Source: Trichosphaerium sp. ATCC 40318
Lineage: Eukaryota > Protista > Tubulinea
Length of the DNA: 64,000 bases
Assembly (NCBI GenBank): GCA_038496445.1
Contig: JALMLS010000448.1
Coordinates: 124,001 to 188,000, forward strand
Direction of reading: 5' to 3'
The first letter of the stretch is position 1, and every line of letters starts with the position of its first letter. The notes below the pieces were generated by a model that saw nothing but the letters and a program-made list of their open reading frames with translations, was not told where the DNA came from and ran no database searches. The position numbers and the translations under genes were made by a program. Shown here piece after piece: positions 12,507 to 24,654 of this stretch.

Positions 12507-12959
12507 ATGGCAGCACAACTAGTACGCGAAAACTGGGAGCTTGTAATGGAAGAAACATCGGAGAACCCAGATCCATTTGCAAGATTTGCAAATACATTTT
12601 ATGGTCGTCTATTCGAAGAGCATCCAATTTACAAAGAAACAATCTTTTCGAAGGTATCTGATATTGTAGAGCAAGGAAAGAAACTAGCAAAGATTATCAA
12701 GACAGTTATTCGCTCACTGGATAACTTTGATAAAGTCAAGTCGTCTGTTACCAAGCTTGGTAAGAGGCATGTTCGTTATGGTGTATTCAAACCTGAACAA
12801 TATGATCACGTGGGTTCAGCGCTTATTTATACGCTTACGAAGCTATCTGGTGATGCTTGGAACAGTGATGTTGCAAGCGCATGGGTGACTAGCTTTAACG
12901 CATTAAAAACAGTAATGTTAGAAGGAGCAGCACAAGTAGAAAAACAACGAGCAGAATAA
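12507..12959 (+). CDS. Single-domain 3/3 globin (flavohemoglobin-like family), intronless
   Basis: FYGRLF (TyrB10), CD1 Phe, EQGKKL (GlnE7), LGKRH (HisF8), YGV..EQYDHVGSAL, and WNSDVASAW. No reductase domain follows. Confidence 0.92.
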   Translation: MAAQLVRENWELVMEETSENPDPFARFANTFYGRLFEEHPIYKETIFSKVSDIVEQGKKLAKIIKTVIRSLDNFDKVKSSVTKLGKRHVRYGVFKPEQYDHVGSALIYTLTKLSGDAWNSDVASAWVTSFNALKTVMLEGAAQVEKQRAE

Positions 12960-13349
12960 ACACATTTTGATTGTCAATATTTGTTTTTGTCCGTTTTGTG
13001 CAATTCAGACCTGTTTGTTGAAGTCTACTTTGCGAAAAACTCAATCCACAGTACTCCATCGGTAAAGTCAATACCTTTGATTTGTACTTTAAGGTGAAGT
13101 ACATGTCACACACTGACACAGAGTCAAGTATCGTGTTTTGTGTTTGTTGCCACTAAATCACTGAAAAGTTTTCTGTGACAGTTTTTCGTTGCTAGAGCAT
13201 AATGTGTCATAATACTAGTATGATTTGTTGCCACGTATTGCATTTGTTTTCATAGTTGTTTCTGTTTGTTGAAGCGTAAACATATCTTCCAGAAATATTC
13301 ACAAAAAAGTCAAAAAACACAAAAGAGCTAAATTTGGCATTTTTTAGCG

Positions 13350-15432
13350 ATGGCAAACAGACAAGCCTCACAAAAGGGCAGAGGACGCCAAAAAGCGTCT
13401 AAATCAAGGCGTACGGGCGAAGTAGGCCCTATGCATGAGCGTGAGAGAACGGAGGAACAGTATATGGAAGAAATGAGACGTTGGTTCGAATCTGATGACT
13501 TACAAGGTGATGTCAACTTCAATAAATGCTCTTTGTACGTTTTAATAATAGTAACAGTCTTGTCGATCAAAACGACCCAGTAATCCTTAATTTGACCTAG
13601 GATAAACAATAACGGACAAAACACGACAATGAAAGAACTTTTACAGGATAAATCCAAAGCAACGTACAAAATGACTGTTTATGACTTATATCGCATGCTT
13701 ACGCTCTAAAAGTGACGGCTATCGCAAGAAATGGGCAAAATGGGCGGTTTCCGATATTGAATTTGTAATGCTTGTGCTTTTGGTTAATAGGACCGGAAAA
13801 GAAGTCTATTTTCCTGCAACAACGTAAGGGTATTCGTTTAAAAAAAACCTGTTAACAGTTTTCTGCAGGAGACCGAATGTACTCGATGTGTTAGAGGTAA
13901 TACTTGAAAGAGGTGATGTAGATGATGTAGAGAATGCATTAACTATGCTGTTAATATGGGGAGGTCCCTATGGATCACGTGCGTTGCAGCTTTTTTGTTT
14001 TTTTGTGTGAAGTGCCAAGCAATTTGTTGATGGTTGGTTTTTCTGTAGATGAAGGGGTTCCTGAAGATATTGACGCAGTAGAAACTAATTTCTATAATGT
14101 GCTTAACAGTAATTATGCTCTATCAACGAAAGCCCAAGTACGATAAACAACCCTGAATCACAAAAAAAACTACTCTTCCAAAAAAAAAAGTCAGCCAACA
14201 TTTGTGAGTATTAACTCCTTTCTTTTTATTTTATAGGCAATGAAAAACCTTGTTTGCATGTGTGGGTACTTTTGTAAGTATGAGGAACGTCGCAAAAGTT
14301 ACAACACTTTGTGGATAAATATCAGCAAAACAATCCATATGTATCTTGATAAAGTACTCGCTGAAGAAGAACTTGATACAGCTGAAGAAAGCTACTTGGA
14401 AAGTTGTGTTATTTCATCAGCATGTATTATACCATACGTGACAAAAGGCACATTGATGAAAAACCTATCACAGTACGAACTCAATACGCAAACAAGAACA
14501 CACGCTGATATTGAATCAAAATTTAGGTTATGTGATAATTTAAACCTACTTTTCGAGTTATCAGAGTCACCTGACATTAAAATCGCTGTTGCTGAATCGA
14601 TGTTATCCATTATGGATGTTGCTGAGCGTATAAGATTCGGTGTATGTTACATTTTCAGGCATCTATATGCCTATGGTATCACGTGTTTTTAACTTTGTAT
14701 TTCTGTAGGATACCACTATGGATAGTTGGAAAGCCATTATTTTAAATGAAGCGAAGAAAAATAGCGATGAAACTAATAAACAACGATGGGAACTTGTAGC
14801 ACAAGTATTAGAGGTATTAATACCATAATTCCCTTCTTTAAGCTTTACTGTTAACACTAATTCTAACCTGTAGAGTGGTTCCTGGGTTGTAGAAGTAAAG
14901 TATTTCAAGGTGGATAAAAACCTTAAAATTGGTCACAGTATGCCAAAGAGCAGACGTGATTCTAATCTAGCGTAAGCAACTCCCCGGTAATCTATTCTTG
15001 TTAGTCTTACACTATCATAGAGCAAAAGCATACCCTGACTCTCATTGGGGAGAGTTCTTATGGTTCAGACTTGTAAAGAGTTTGTATGGTCAGCACTTCA
15101 ATGTTGTTTTCAATAAAGAAAATGCAGAGCGAAGTACAGAAGGATGGGGTCGTCGTACATTATACGATAGGTGCGTTTTTTCCCTTCATTAGTGGGTATG
15201 GTATTGACATGTTGGGCTTATCCGCTTGTGTCGTAGAGTACGAGAGATTCTTGAGCAAGGCGCACAAGGAAGGTATAATGAGGGCACTGTTGCATCTGAA
15301 AAGCTGTATGATGCAAGGCAGAGAGATGAGGAACCTAAGATTAGTGGATCTAAACGTAGTAATAATCAAGACTTGTGTATTAAATTACAAGGGACAACAC
15401 TGAATGTCATTAAAACATTGACAAAAAACTAA
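13350..15432 (+). CDS. IFRD-like (interferon-related developmental regulator) ARM-type protein, multi-exon
   Basis: Basic N-terminus. SPDIKIAVAESMLSIMD resembles the IFRD segment D..RIAAGE.LALL.E. C-terminal W..FLWFRLVKSLYGQHF...N...RVREIL resembles IFRD_C. Confidence 0.55.
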
Positions 15433-15686
15433 GAATAAAAACGCTTAAGGCGCACCCCCTTAACCAAAAGCAAGGACATTTTGTACACATTAAACAATAC
15501 TCAATAAACATTAGAAACTATAAATGCTCCTACAGATCCTCTGATCGTCACAGAACAGTATTGTATTGGACTAAATAATGTGAAGCTGCTAGATGTGCTG
15601 GCGATGCTCACAATGATAAACAGTTCTAAACTATAGTATTGTAAATGGTGCGTTTATTTACTTCATTGTAAGGGGAATATTGGAGT

Positions 15687-15985
15687 TTAAGCTGAAGTGT
15701 CATCGGTTGAATCATTTGGTCTACAGTTTGCGATACAAGCACGAGCACGGCTTTCACATACTCTAGGACGTACTTCACCCTTCTGTTGCATTGACGCCGT
15801 TACTGCATGCAACGGCGTACACAAGGTCCAGCCGTAGGATCACGAGTTGGATCAGGATCTTGTGCCTGCGTCAAGAAGTCAGACATCAAATGTGATTAGC
15901 CAAACTAAATCATAAAGAGAAAAGTGTACCAAGCTAATGCAATGAGAGCTAAGAGAGCAAGTGCAAGGAGTGTCAAGCATTGCAT
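15687..15985 (-). pseudogene. Disrupted secreted Cys-rich peptide gene
   Basis: Signal peptide MQCLTLLALALLALIALA, a GT-AG intron, then AQDPDPTRDPTAGPCVRRCMQ*RRQCNRR and, in another frame, GEVRPRVCESRARACIANCRPNDSTDDTSA*. AATAAA lies downstream. Confidence 0.55.
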
Positions 15986-17191
15986 GTTAAGAAATTGTTC
16001 TTTGGGATTGATTTTTAGGGTGGTTAGGGTAACGCCCTTCCGTTATCGAAGGAAAGAAGTTCACAAGCATGCTTGTCGCCCGAAGGTTGCGGCCAAGTAT
16101 TCGCTGTATCTACAAATATTGTGAACGATACTATACAGGTACAGGATAACACCAATATATACAAGAATACAACGCATTGTTTATTGGTAAACCATTTCGT
16201 CATGTCACGTGCAAATTGGTACTTCCGTTGACCTTCGCTAAGGGATTGTATACGTGAGGACGACTATAGAGATTGTATGAGATATGGTACGATCCTCGGA
16301 GTTTTATTTTTTGCCAATACAGTTTTCTAACAAGACACTTAATCGCTGCTGCTTCGAAAACGTACATGGTAAACCTAGGTATCTCTAGACAAATCACAAA
16401 AGTGGCCGAACATTGCGGGGTAGTTACTTTTAGCTGGTTTTTTTCTTTCCAGCATATTTGTAGAATTGGCGTATTGACTAAGAAAAACGTGATTGCGAGA
16501 TTTTTTTTTTGAACTGACTTTTCGGCTGAATGTTACTCCCTCCATCATAACCGAAAACGATTAATATGAAGAAAACAAACGGTTAAAACTGTACAAAGAC
16601 AATATCTCCGCAAACTAGCGCTAGCTGAAAATTCTTAATTTTTCAAACTATAGACTGCTCGCAAGAGTACTTACTTTACAGTAAAACCAAAATAGTATTG
16701 TAAGAACGTCAATCATTTGTAATTTGATTGCAAGCTGTCAGCTTAATCATAAATTTTCCATGCAATTGCAATTACCAGACGTACTTTTAGGTTCTTGGTT
16801 CACGTATTTTCGCAACATACAGAGCACACGTTATGAAACCGACATTATATCAATACAATTTTATTGAAAACATACAAAATATAAGCATTCCTTAAGTGTG
16901 TGAGTAATTTAGTAGTAAAGCATTGCTGGGTACTGCCAACAATGTATACCCTTCAAAATTAGAGGATACCGTAAAAACCTAATTGCTATAGTCACCAAGA
17001 CAGTGGAACCCTAGTGAGTTTAAAAAGTGAATGTACTGAATATCGGCGGCAGTCCATTCGAGAAAAAAGTCAATAAATTTAGTGGCATCTAGTAATCTAC
17101 GGAAAACCGGTTACTTAATAACGCAAACCATTGTATTCTTCTGGAATGCTAACTACGGCTTAAAATGGTTATTTTGCATTTTTTAATTATG

Positions 17192-20100
17192 TTACACAAG
17201 ATCAATTACAGCAAGAGGTTGACGATCACGTGATCGCTGTGTATTCCTTTGCCTTTTCTTAAACACCTTTTGTTTACGTTTTGGTTTTGAAGTATTAGTT
17301 GAGTTACCACCTCCCCTAGTGGATAACCATCCACCTGTATCAACGGTCTTCTTTGCCTTCAAATTCCAAATTAGAAAAGAAAATCATCAAACAAAAAAAG
17401 TTAAGTGAGGAAAAACAAAGACTTAAAAAAGCGTTGATTGTTTTTGTCCTCTTATTGAATTGTACTTTCTCAAAAGAAATAAAAATGACAATATACTATT
17501 TGTGTATTGCCATGTGTTTGAAATAAATAGCCGTACCATTTCATTACTATACATTGTAAGCACTTTTTTCCTATTTGATCTTGACTCTTCTATTTTTTTT
17601 TGAACACCTCTTAACTTTTTATTAAGCCACTCCTTGTCTGTAGGTTTCGTCTAAAACAAAAAAAACTGAGTTGTGTTTAAACGTATACTATATGTTTATA
17701 AGAAAATATATCTTACCTTCTCTGGAGACTTATCCTCAGTGTATAAAAGGTTGTGATGTGAAATACCAAAAATATTAAGTTGTTGTAAAAACATTGTATG
17801 AGTGCTTAATGATTTACGTCTTTCTCGCTTATCACTATACAGACGTTCAAGCATCTGTTGAGTCTTTGAAGACTGGGGATCATCTAAACGGAACATATCG
17901 GATAACTCAGTCTTTGTAAAGTAACGATGATGAATTTGTTGTTTTCCTTTCAAAAAAAATTAGAACAAGAAATATACCGCTCACTTGAGATTGGCGGTGT
18001 TATGTTCACATAAAACAAGACACAACAATACCAAGTTAAGCTATCAGTTATTGTAATAACAATTAAAATAAACAGCATACCTGTTAAGCTTTTGCTTAAA
18101 GCACCTTTGTAAACTTGTTTTCTATAAATCTTCTCTTCAATTGTTCCACAAGTAAGAAGACGATAAATTAATACGTTTCTCTTTTGTCCTATTCTGTATA
18201 CTCTATCAACAGCTTGATCATCCTGATTATTCCAAGCAGGATCATCTAAACAAAGTACATTAGAGATCAACCAAGGCAAAACAAAAAAAAGACAAGTGCC
18301 AGAGAAACAAAAAAAAAAAGACGCACAAACAATAACACGATCTGCTGCCGTCAAATTCAACCCAACACCGCCGACTTGTGTAGTAAGCAAGAATACAAAG
18401 TATGAATCATTCTTGTTAAATGTATCAATAAGACGTTGTCGCTCTGAAATACGTGACACGCTCCCGTCTATCCTCAAATATTTGTATCCCTTGACCACAA
18501 AAAAATGTAAGAAAAAAGTATGAATGATCAAAGCAGCTTTTAAGCGCCTTGTAAATGTACCATTAAATCTAGTAGCTCTGTTTGTATGATATCTAACATC
18601 TTTGTAGACTGAGAAAATATCAAAACCCTGTGTCCATCTTCATGTAGATTCGCCAACAAAGAAGAAACAAAAATCATTTTTCCTGATTGCTCAACTACAC
18701 TCTCCTGAGATAAACTAGCTCTCATGAGGTCTAAATCCTCACAATCTTCCATTTCAGAGCTTATCAATCGAGGGTGTACACAAATCTTTTTTAAAACACC
18801 CAATGCCGCAAGAGGAGATTGCGTTCTGTTCAGAACCTAGCACAAAGAAGGATATTAATTTCTCATTTTTACAGCATGCATTTATGTACTTTTTTAACAG
18901 CAGTAGAAGCAACAAACTTTCTGTAAATATCGACTTGCGTGGGCGTAAGATAAACCCAAACAACAAGATCATTTTTAGATACATTTACAGAAGAGATACC
19001 TTTCGCTGCCTTAAACAAAAAATCAATTAAGTGCACTGTACAAAAAAGAAAGAATCACAAGGAACGTTTGACATACAAGTTCTGACTTTTCACGGCGCAT
19101 AAAGTAAGGGTCAATAAGTTCGCGAAGGTACTCAGCCATCTTTGCTCCTACTTGTTTATCATATTCTACAGCATCTTTTTCTTGACCCTTTGGAGCTATG
19201 TCAGCGATTATAATCACGTGATATTTACGATGTACCCTTGTGATAGGTTTATTGAATTCTATATTAAACGTTTTCAAGTCCCCAAGAAGATCACCATCGA
19301 ATATAAAATCATAAAGTGTCCACAACTCCTACAATAAAAAAACGAACATAAATAACTAAACCAAAAAAATATCGTTTCGATTTGCTTTAACGTGCCTTAA
19401 GATTATTCATTATTGGTGTACCAGATAGTACAAACTTACTAGTAGCAGTAATCTGTTGTATAGCTTGAGTAGATTTATTCAAATGATTCTTAATTTTATG
19501 ACCTAATAAGAACATTAAGGAAACAGAAAGTTCTTCGTTATTTACCTTCATCCAAAATAATCAAGTCCCACTTTTTCAGCGAACTCCTCAATAACTGAGC
19601 GTTTTTCAATGTTGTACCATATGTAGATAAAAGTATACCACCATTAGATACTATAAGGTTTAATTCTGAATCTCTCTTCCGCTTTACACCATGGTAACGT
19701 TTCACTGAAATATTTCCTGCCCACAAAGCCAATTCTCTTTCCCAATGTGGTATAACACTACAAAAATAAGGCTTGAATTAATTATACGCCCAATTACACT
19801 ACTAAAGTAATGGTTACTCATTACAAGTAGTATGTTCGAAAATTAAAGCGTACCTAAGAGGTACAATAAGCAAACAATGTTTAGCTTTTTTATTTCTCCA
19901 AAGAGAACTAAGAAAACTTGCAACTTGTACTGTCTTTCCTAACCCCATATCATCACCTAGTACACCACCTATAACAATAAATTAGAACACAACTATTACA
20001 CTGCCATACAACAATGTACCTTTTCCTTTCAAATAAAGCTTCCACATCCACTTCAAACAATCTCTTTGATAACCGTATAATTTTTCGTATGTTCTTTTTC

Positions 20101-20887
20101 TCATATTAAAAATCATCTAAGGGATACCCATCGTCATTAACGTAAATCTCAAAGGAATCCTCACCTTATCACTTCGTATGAAAGCCGCATAGTGGCCTGT
20201 TTCTCTACTCTTGAAGAAACCATTCTCAGCTGGCTCCCACTTATCCGACTCGTCATCTAACGAACCCTGGTTGTATTGTATTAAAAGAAATAATAGAGTG
20301 CGTTGTAATTCTTTGAGGAAGCGTACAATGATTTCAATGAGCGTTTTTGATATGGCTGTGTTTGTAGGATCGAGTGTCAACGCCTCTGAGAAGTATTCGG
20401 CTGCTTCTTTAAAATTGCCGTCGTTACGCAAAGATTCAGCTTTTTTAATAAGGTTGGAGAGCCTGGCCTTGTTTGGAGAGAAGTTTGGGTTGATCTGACG
20501 AATTTGTCTTTGTGGTGACGGTGTGAGAAGATTAATAGCTACAGGGCGCTTTTCAGGCGTTTTGAATACAGCTACAACGCGTAAGTGTAAATGGAGTTTG
20601 AAATTTGAAAAAGAAACCGTTGCTTCCCGCGAAAAGGTGTGCGCGATTCTAGGAATAGGCATTTACGTACGTTGTGGTAAGTTTGGCGTTGGAGCAATGT
20701 CACGTATCGAAAAAGGATTGAAGTCGCATAGAACCTCGTCGTCATCAGAATCTTCAAATACAAGCACTTGTAACGCGCGTAAGCTCTAATACAACAAATA
20801 TTGATTAATTAATTCCGTACAGCGCCTTTTTTTTGGTTTAGACTTTCTTGAAATGAATGGTGGCGAGTCTGGCTCAGGACGCTTCAT
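17192..20887 (-). CDS. ERCC6L: ERCC6L/PICH-like SNF2-family DNA translocase with an N-terminal TPR
   Basis: TPR-like helix pair, GGVLGDDMGLGKT, DLIILDEGH, GTPIMNNLKELW, SPLAALGVLKKIC.HP, LLTTQVGGVGLNLTAADRV, QAVDRVYRIGQ, EEKIYRKQVYK. Confidence 0.85.
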
Positions 20888-21449
20888 TCTAAACAAGTTT
20901 TGGAATGACAGCAACTCGACGCAAAGTCAATGTGCAGTCTTTTGCGCAAGAAATAGTTTTGGTTCTGATACCAATACAATGGTGACAATCATGGCGGATA
21001 ATTTTCTAATACAAGCTATACAAGCATATTTATGTGTTGTGATAAGAGAAGGTGTACCTACAAACTATGATGCACGTGGGTAAGTCTTCACATTGTTGGG
21101 TACTAGCACTTTTTGATCTAGATTCAAAAGGAAGCCATTGTTTGTCATGTTCGTTAAGTTTCACGTAACTTTACTCACTTGGTAGTTCGAGTTGTAAACA
21201 TGTCACGGGCTCATTAGCCTGTTCACCTGTACTTTGTGCTACAAGTGAAAATACGTTCGTGTGAGCCGTTTACTGCAGATACAAATACTGGAAAGTTCCT
21301 TCAAACTAATTGGTTATTTTTAGCACAAGTTATTGGATACACGTGTATATTCCAGCGTACAGTACAACTATGTATCTCTCCATCGTATAGAGTGAATTTA
21401 ATCACCTTCAGAAGCAGTGTTTAAACACATCAATAATGTGCAATGTTCA

Positions 21450-22814
21450 TTATATCTGAGACAAGAGTTCCTTTTTCTTGTTGATTACACGTAAGCTATG
21501 CACTCCTTCAAGAGCGCGAATGCCTGCATCAGTCACATGAAAACTATCAATGGTGATAGTATGAACACCAACCAAAGCTTTGAGACCTTCATCTGTAACG
21601 TTTCGATTTAACACAATTCTATGAACTCCAGCCAATGCTTTAATCCCATCATCTGTTACTTTCGGACAAAAAGAAATATCTATAGAGTAAACTCCAGCCA
21701 GAGCTTTGATTCCCACATCTGTCACCTTACGGCAAAAGTTTAAACTGACAGTATGCGCACCAGCCAGAGCTTGAACCCCAAAATCTGATACTCTTTGACA
21801 CTTGTAAAGATGAATCTCGTGAACACCAGCAAGAGCTCGTACACCAACATCTGTCACTACTCTACAAGAACTCAAATCAATTGTATGAACTCCTTTAAGT
21901 GCTTGTAGACTTTCATCTGTTATTCCTTGGGTCTTACGTAAGATAACCGTATGAACACCAGCAAGAAATTGGAAACCTTTTTCAGTAAACTGTGATGTGT
22001 GACTTAAGTTTATCTTGTGTACCCCAGTCAACGCCTTCAACCCCTCATCAGTGACGCCTTTTACCCCATGTAGGTTTATCGTATGGACTCCGGTTAGTTT
22101 TTTAATTCCAGTATCAGTTACTCTCGTGTGTGCTAGGTTAATATCATGTACACCTGCCAACGATGCAATGCCTCTATCGGAGATATTCATACATAACCTA
22201 AGATTGATTGTATGAACTCCAGCAAGCGCTTCTAGTCCAGCATCTGTTATAGAACTACAACCTATAGCAATAGTGTGAGCACCTGCAAGTGCTCTAAAAC
22301 CCCTGTCAGTTAATTTTGTTGTTCTGGAACTATGATAACCAAGGTCGAACTTTGCTATACCCGAAAGATGAATCAAACAATTGTCAGTTATATTCTTGAA
22401 GGACCTTAAAGTAAGGTTTTGTACTCCCCTTAGTAACTTGAATTCATTATCATTTGTATATTCAACAGCAATAGTAATTGAGGTGTGCTTTAGAATACCA
22501 AAAGAGCGCTGAATACATTGAAGTGAAGGCCAATAGTTTTGCTCATTTAAAAATATTGAAACAAAACCCAAGTGCTGGTAAATGATATACCGGAGATATT
22601 GGCATGTTATAGCGCAAGAGAATCTTGTTTTAGTCAAAAAGGATAATATAACTAACAACATCTCAATAGGAAGGCATAAAAATGCCGTGTGTTCATTCAA
22701 TGCTAACCAGTGATCAAATTAGTCGTGTTTGAGAAATCTGGTTTGCGTACCGTTGCTTGGAGTAAACGGAGGCCTAACTAGCTTCTTAGGCTCTGTGTTT
22801 TGACGATTGCCCAT
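21450..22814 (-). CDS. F-box/leucine-rich-repeat protein (paralog 1)
   Basis: Short exon MGNRQN..., one intron, F-box LPIEMLLVILSFL...TCQ, then more than ten repeats of GVHTINL....VTD.G..AL. Confidence 0.85.
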
Positions 22815-23179
22815 ATTGCGGAAGGATGTTGTACTGCTCTGTTTGTAGTTTTGTAGATCAATAAAAAGTGTGACTTCTAATATTGCTAAAAAAATGCATA
22901 CTTTGCGTAACTGAAAATTCCACGTTGTGTGCCCTTTCCTATTACTGAGAAATATTACTAGAAAAACTGAGTTCTTATACAAGTCAAGTCTTTGTTATAG
23001 ACCGTTTGCAATTCTATGTCTTGGCGATTCAAGGAAGTTTAAGATTGTACTCACTGAAAGAGCAGCAGTACAATTTCGTGATAAACAAAGGAGTTATTGT
23101 TAATGTGAAAGATGTAATGTCAATGGCACGGCCGACTATCAGATAATTTTATGTCAAATGAAACTGATATTCTATACGT

Positions 23180-24420
23180 TTATTTTATATCACGTATTAC
23201 TTTATAATCTATCTCAATACGGGCAGTGTCTTTCAAAGAATCAATACCAACACTTGTCACTTTTGGCATTCTAATCAGTGCTATGCTATGAACACCAGCA
23301 AGGGCAATGATACCTTTATCTGTAACATTTTCAAGTTCGAGTTTGACAGTATGAACACCAGCAAGAGCAATGATACCCTTATCTGTTACAAGAGGTAAGT
23401 GAGATAGAAGTATAGTGTGAACACCAGCCAAAGCAGAAATGCCATTATCAGTGATCTTGGATCTTTGAACCATTCTGAAAATGTAAATGGCATGTACGCC
23501 TGCAAGTGCTTTTAATCCTTCATCTGTTATAGAAGTACCTCCTAGATATATCGTATGAACACCTGAGAGATGCTTGACACCCTTGTCTGTGATATAAGGG
23601 CATAAATGAAGGCTTATATCATGTATACCTGCGAGTACTTTAAGATCTTCATCTCTAATATTTGTTTTGCTAAAGTGGATTAAGTGAGCACCACTAAGTG
23701 CTTGAAAGGCACTCGGATCATCAAGCTTTAGTCTCTGAAGCTTGATAGAGTAAACTCCTTGTAGTGCTCTTACACCTTTGCCAGTTATTTCACGACACGA
23801 GGCAATGTTTATTGTGTGTACTCCAGAGAGTGATATGAGTGTAGAATCATGAATGTCAAGATTCTCCAGATTGATAGTGTGTACACCAGCCAAACACTTG
23901 ATACATTTTTCATCAAGGTTTTTCTTATTTTCAAGAACTGAAAGATCGATGTGTTTAACACCTGATAGTTTGAGTAAGTGCTTCTCTTCTGTTAATTGGT
24001 AGACTATCATAGTATGTCTCATGACACCCTTATGTTGCGATATCATGTCAACATGCAAAGGATCTGATATTTTTGCTTTGAAGTATCCAACATTGTTATG
24101 AATAATATCAGAGAAGAGATGATTTAAGAGAACAATCTTGTATCGCACATCATCTCGAGAGATTTGGGCAATAAGCGTCAATAATTCATTAGGAAGGTGT
24201 AATATATTTTCGCACGTGTTTGGGGTGCTAGAAGAGCTTTAATAAGCGTATATATAACAAAATCGTACAATGGGTCTTTCAATAATGTACAAGAAGGTTT
24301 CTGTATGTTCATACGGATTGGGTTGATTTATCTTGGTTAAATCAGTTGTAAATTAGTATAGTACGCAATAAATAAGTACTACCTACGCTGTTGAGGCAGT
24401 GAAGAAGTCGTTTAGCTCCT
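23180..24420 (-). CDS. F-box/leucine-rich-repeat protein (paralog 2; start not resolved)
   Basis: F-box LPNELLTLIA and the same GVHTI.L...ITD.G..AL repeats. Tandem with paralog 1. Confidence 0.8.
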
Positions 24421-24654
24421 AATTGGAAGCGTGTTAAGTCACCGTTTTTTTGAAGTACTTATGATGGTATGATTATTAGCTACACCAAACGCGTAGTAAC
24501 ACACTCGCTACCAGTGAGGTGGAGCCTTATATGACAATGATCAAATTATTTGTAGGAGAAGTTGCTAGATTTTAATAGCATGTTTGCACGTTCTTTCGAA
24601 AGAAATTTTTTGTAAAATAGGTATACAGTTTATGTTTTCTTTCAAATTCTCATC

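Noticed and set aside
13765-13790. 26-nt GT-AG segment as a micro-intron in the IFRD-like gene
   Set aside because: The frame reads through it and splices correctly at the next donor.
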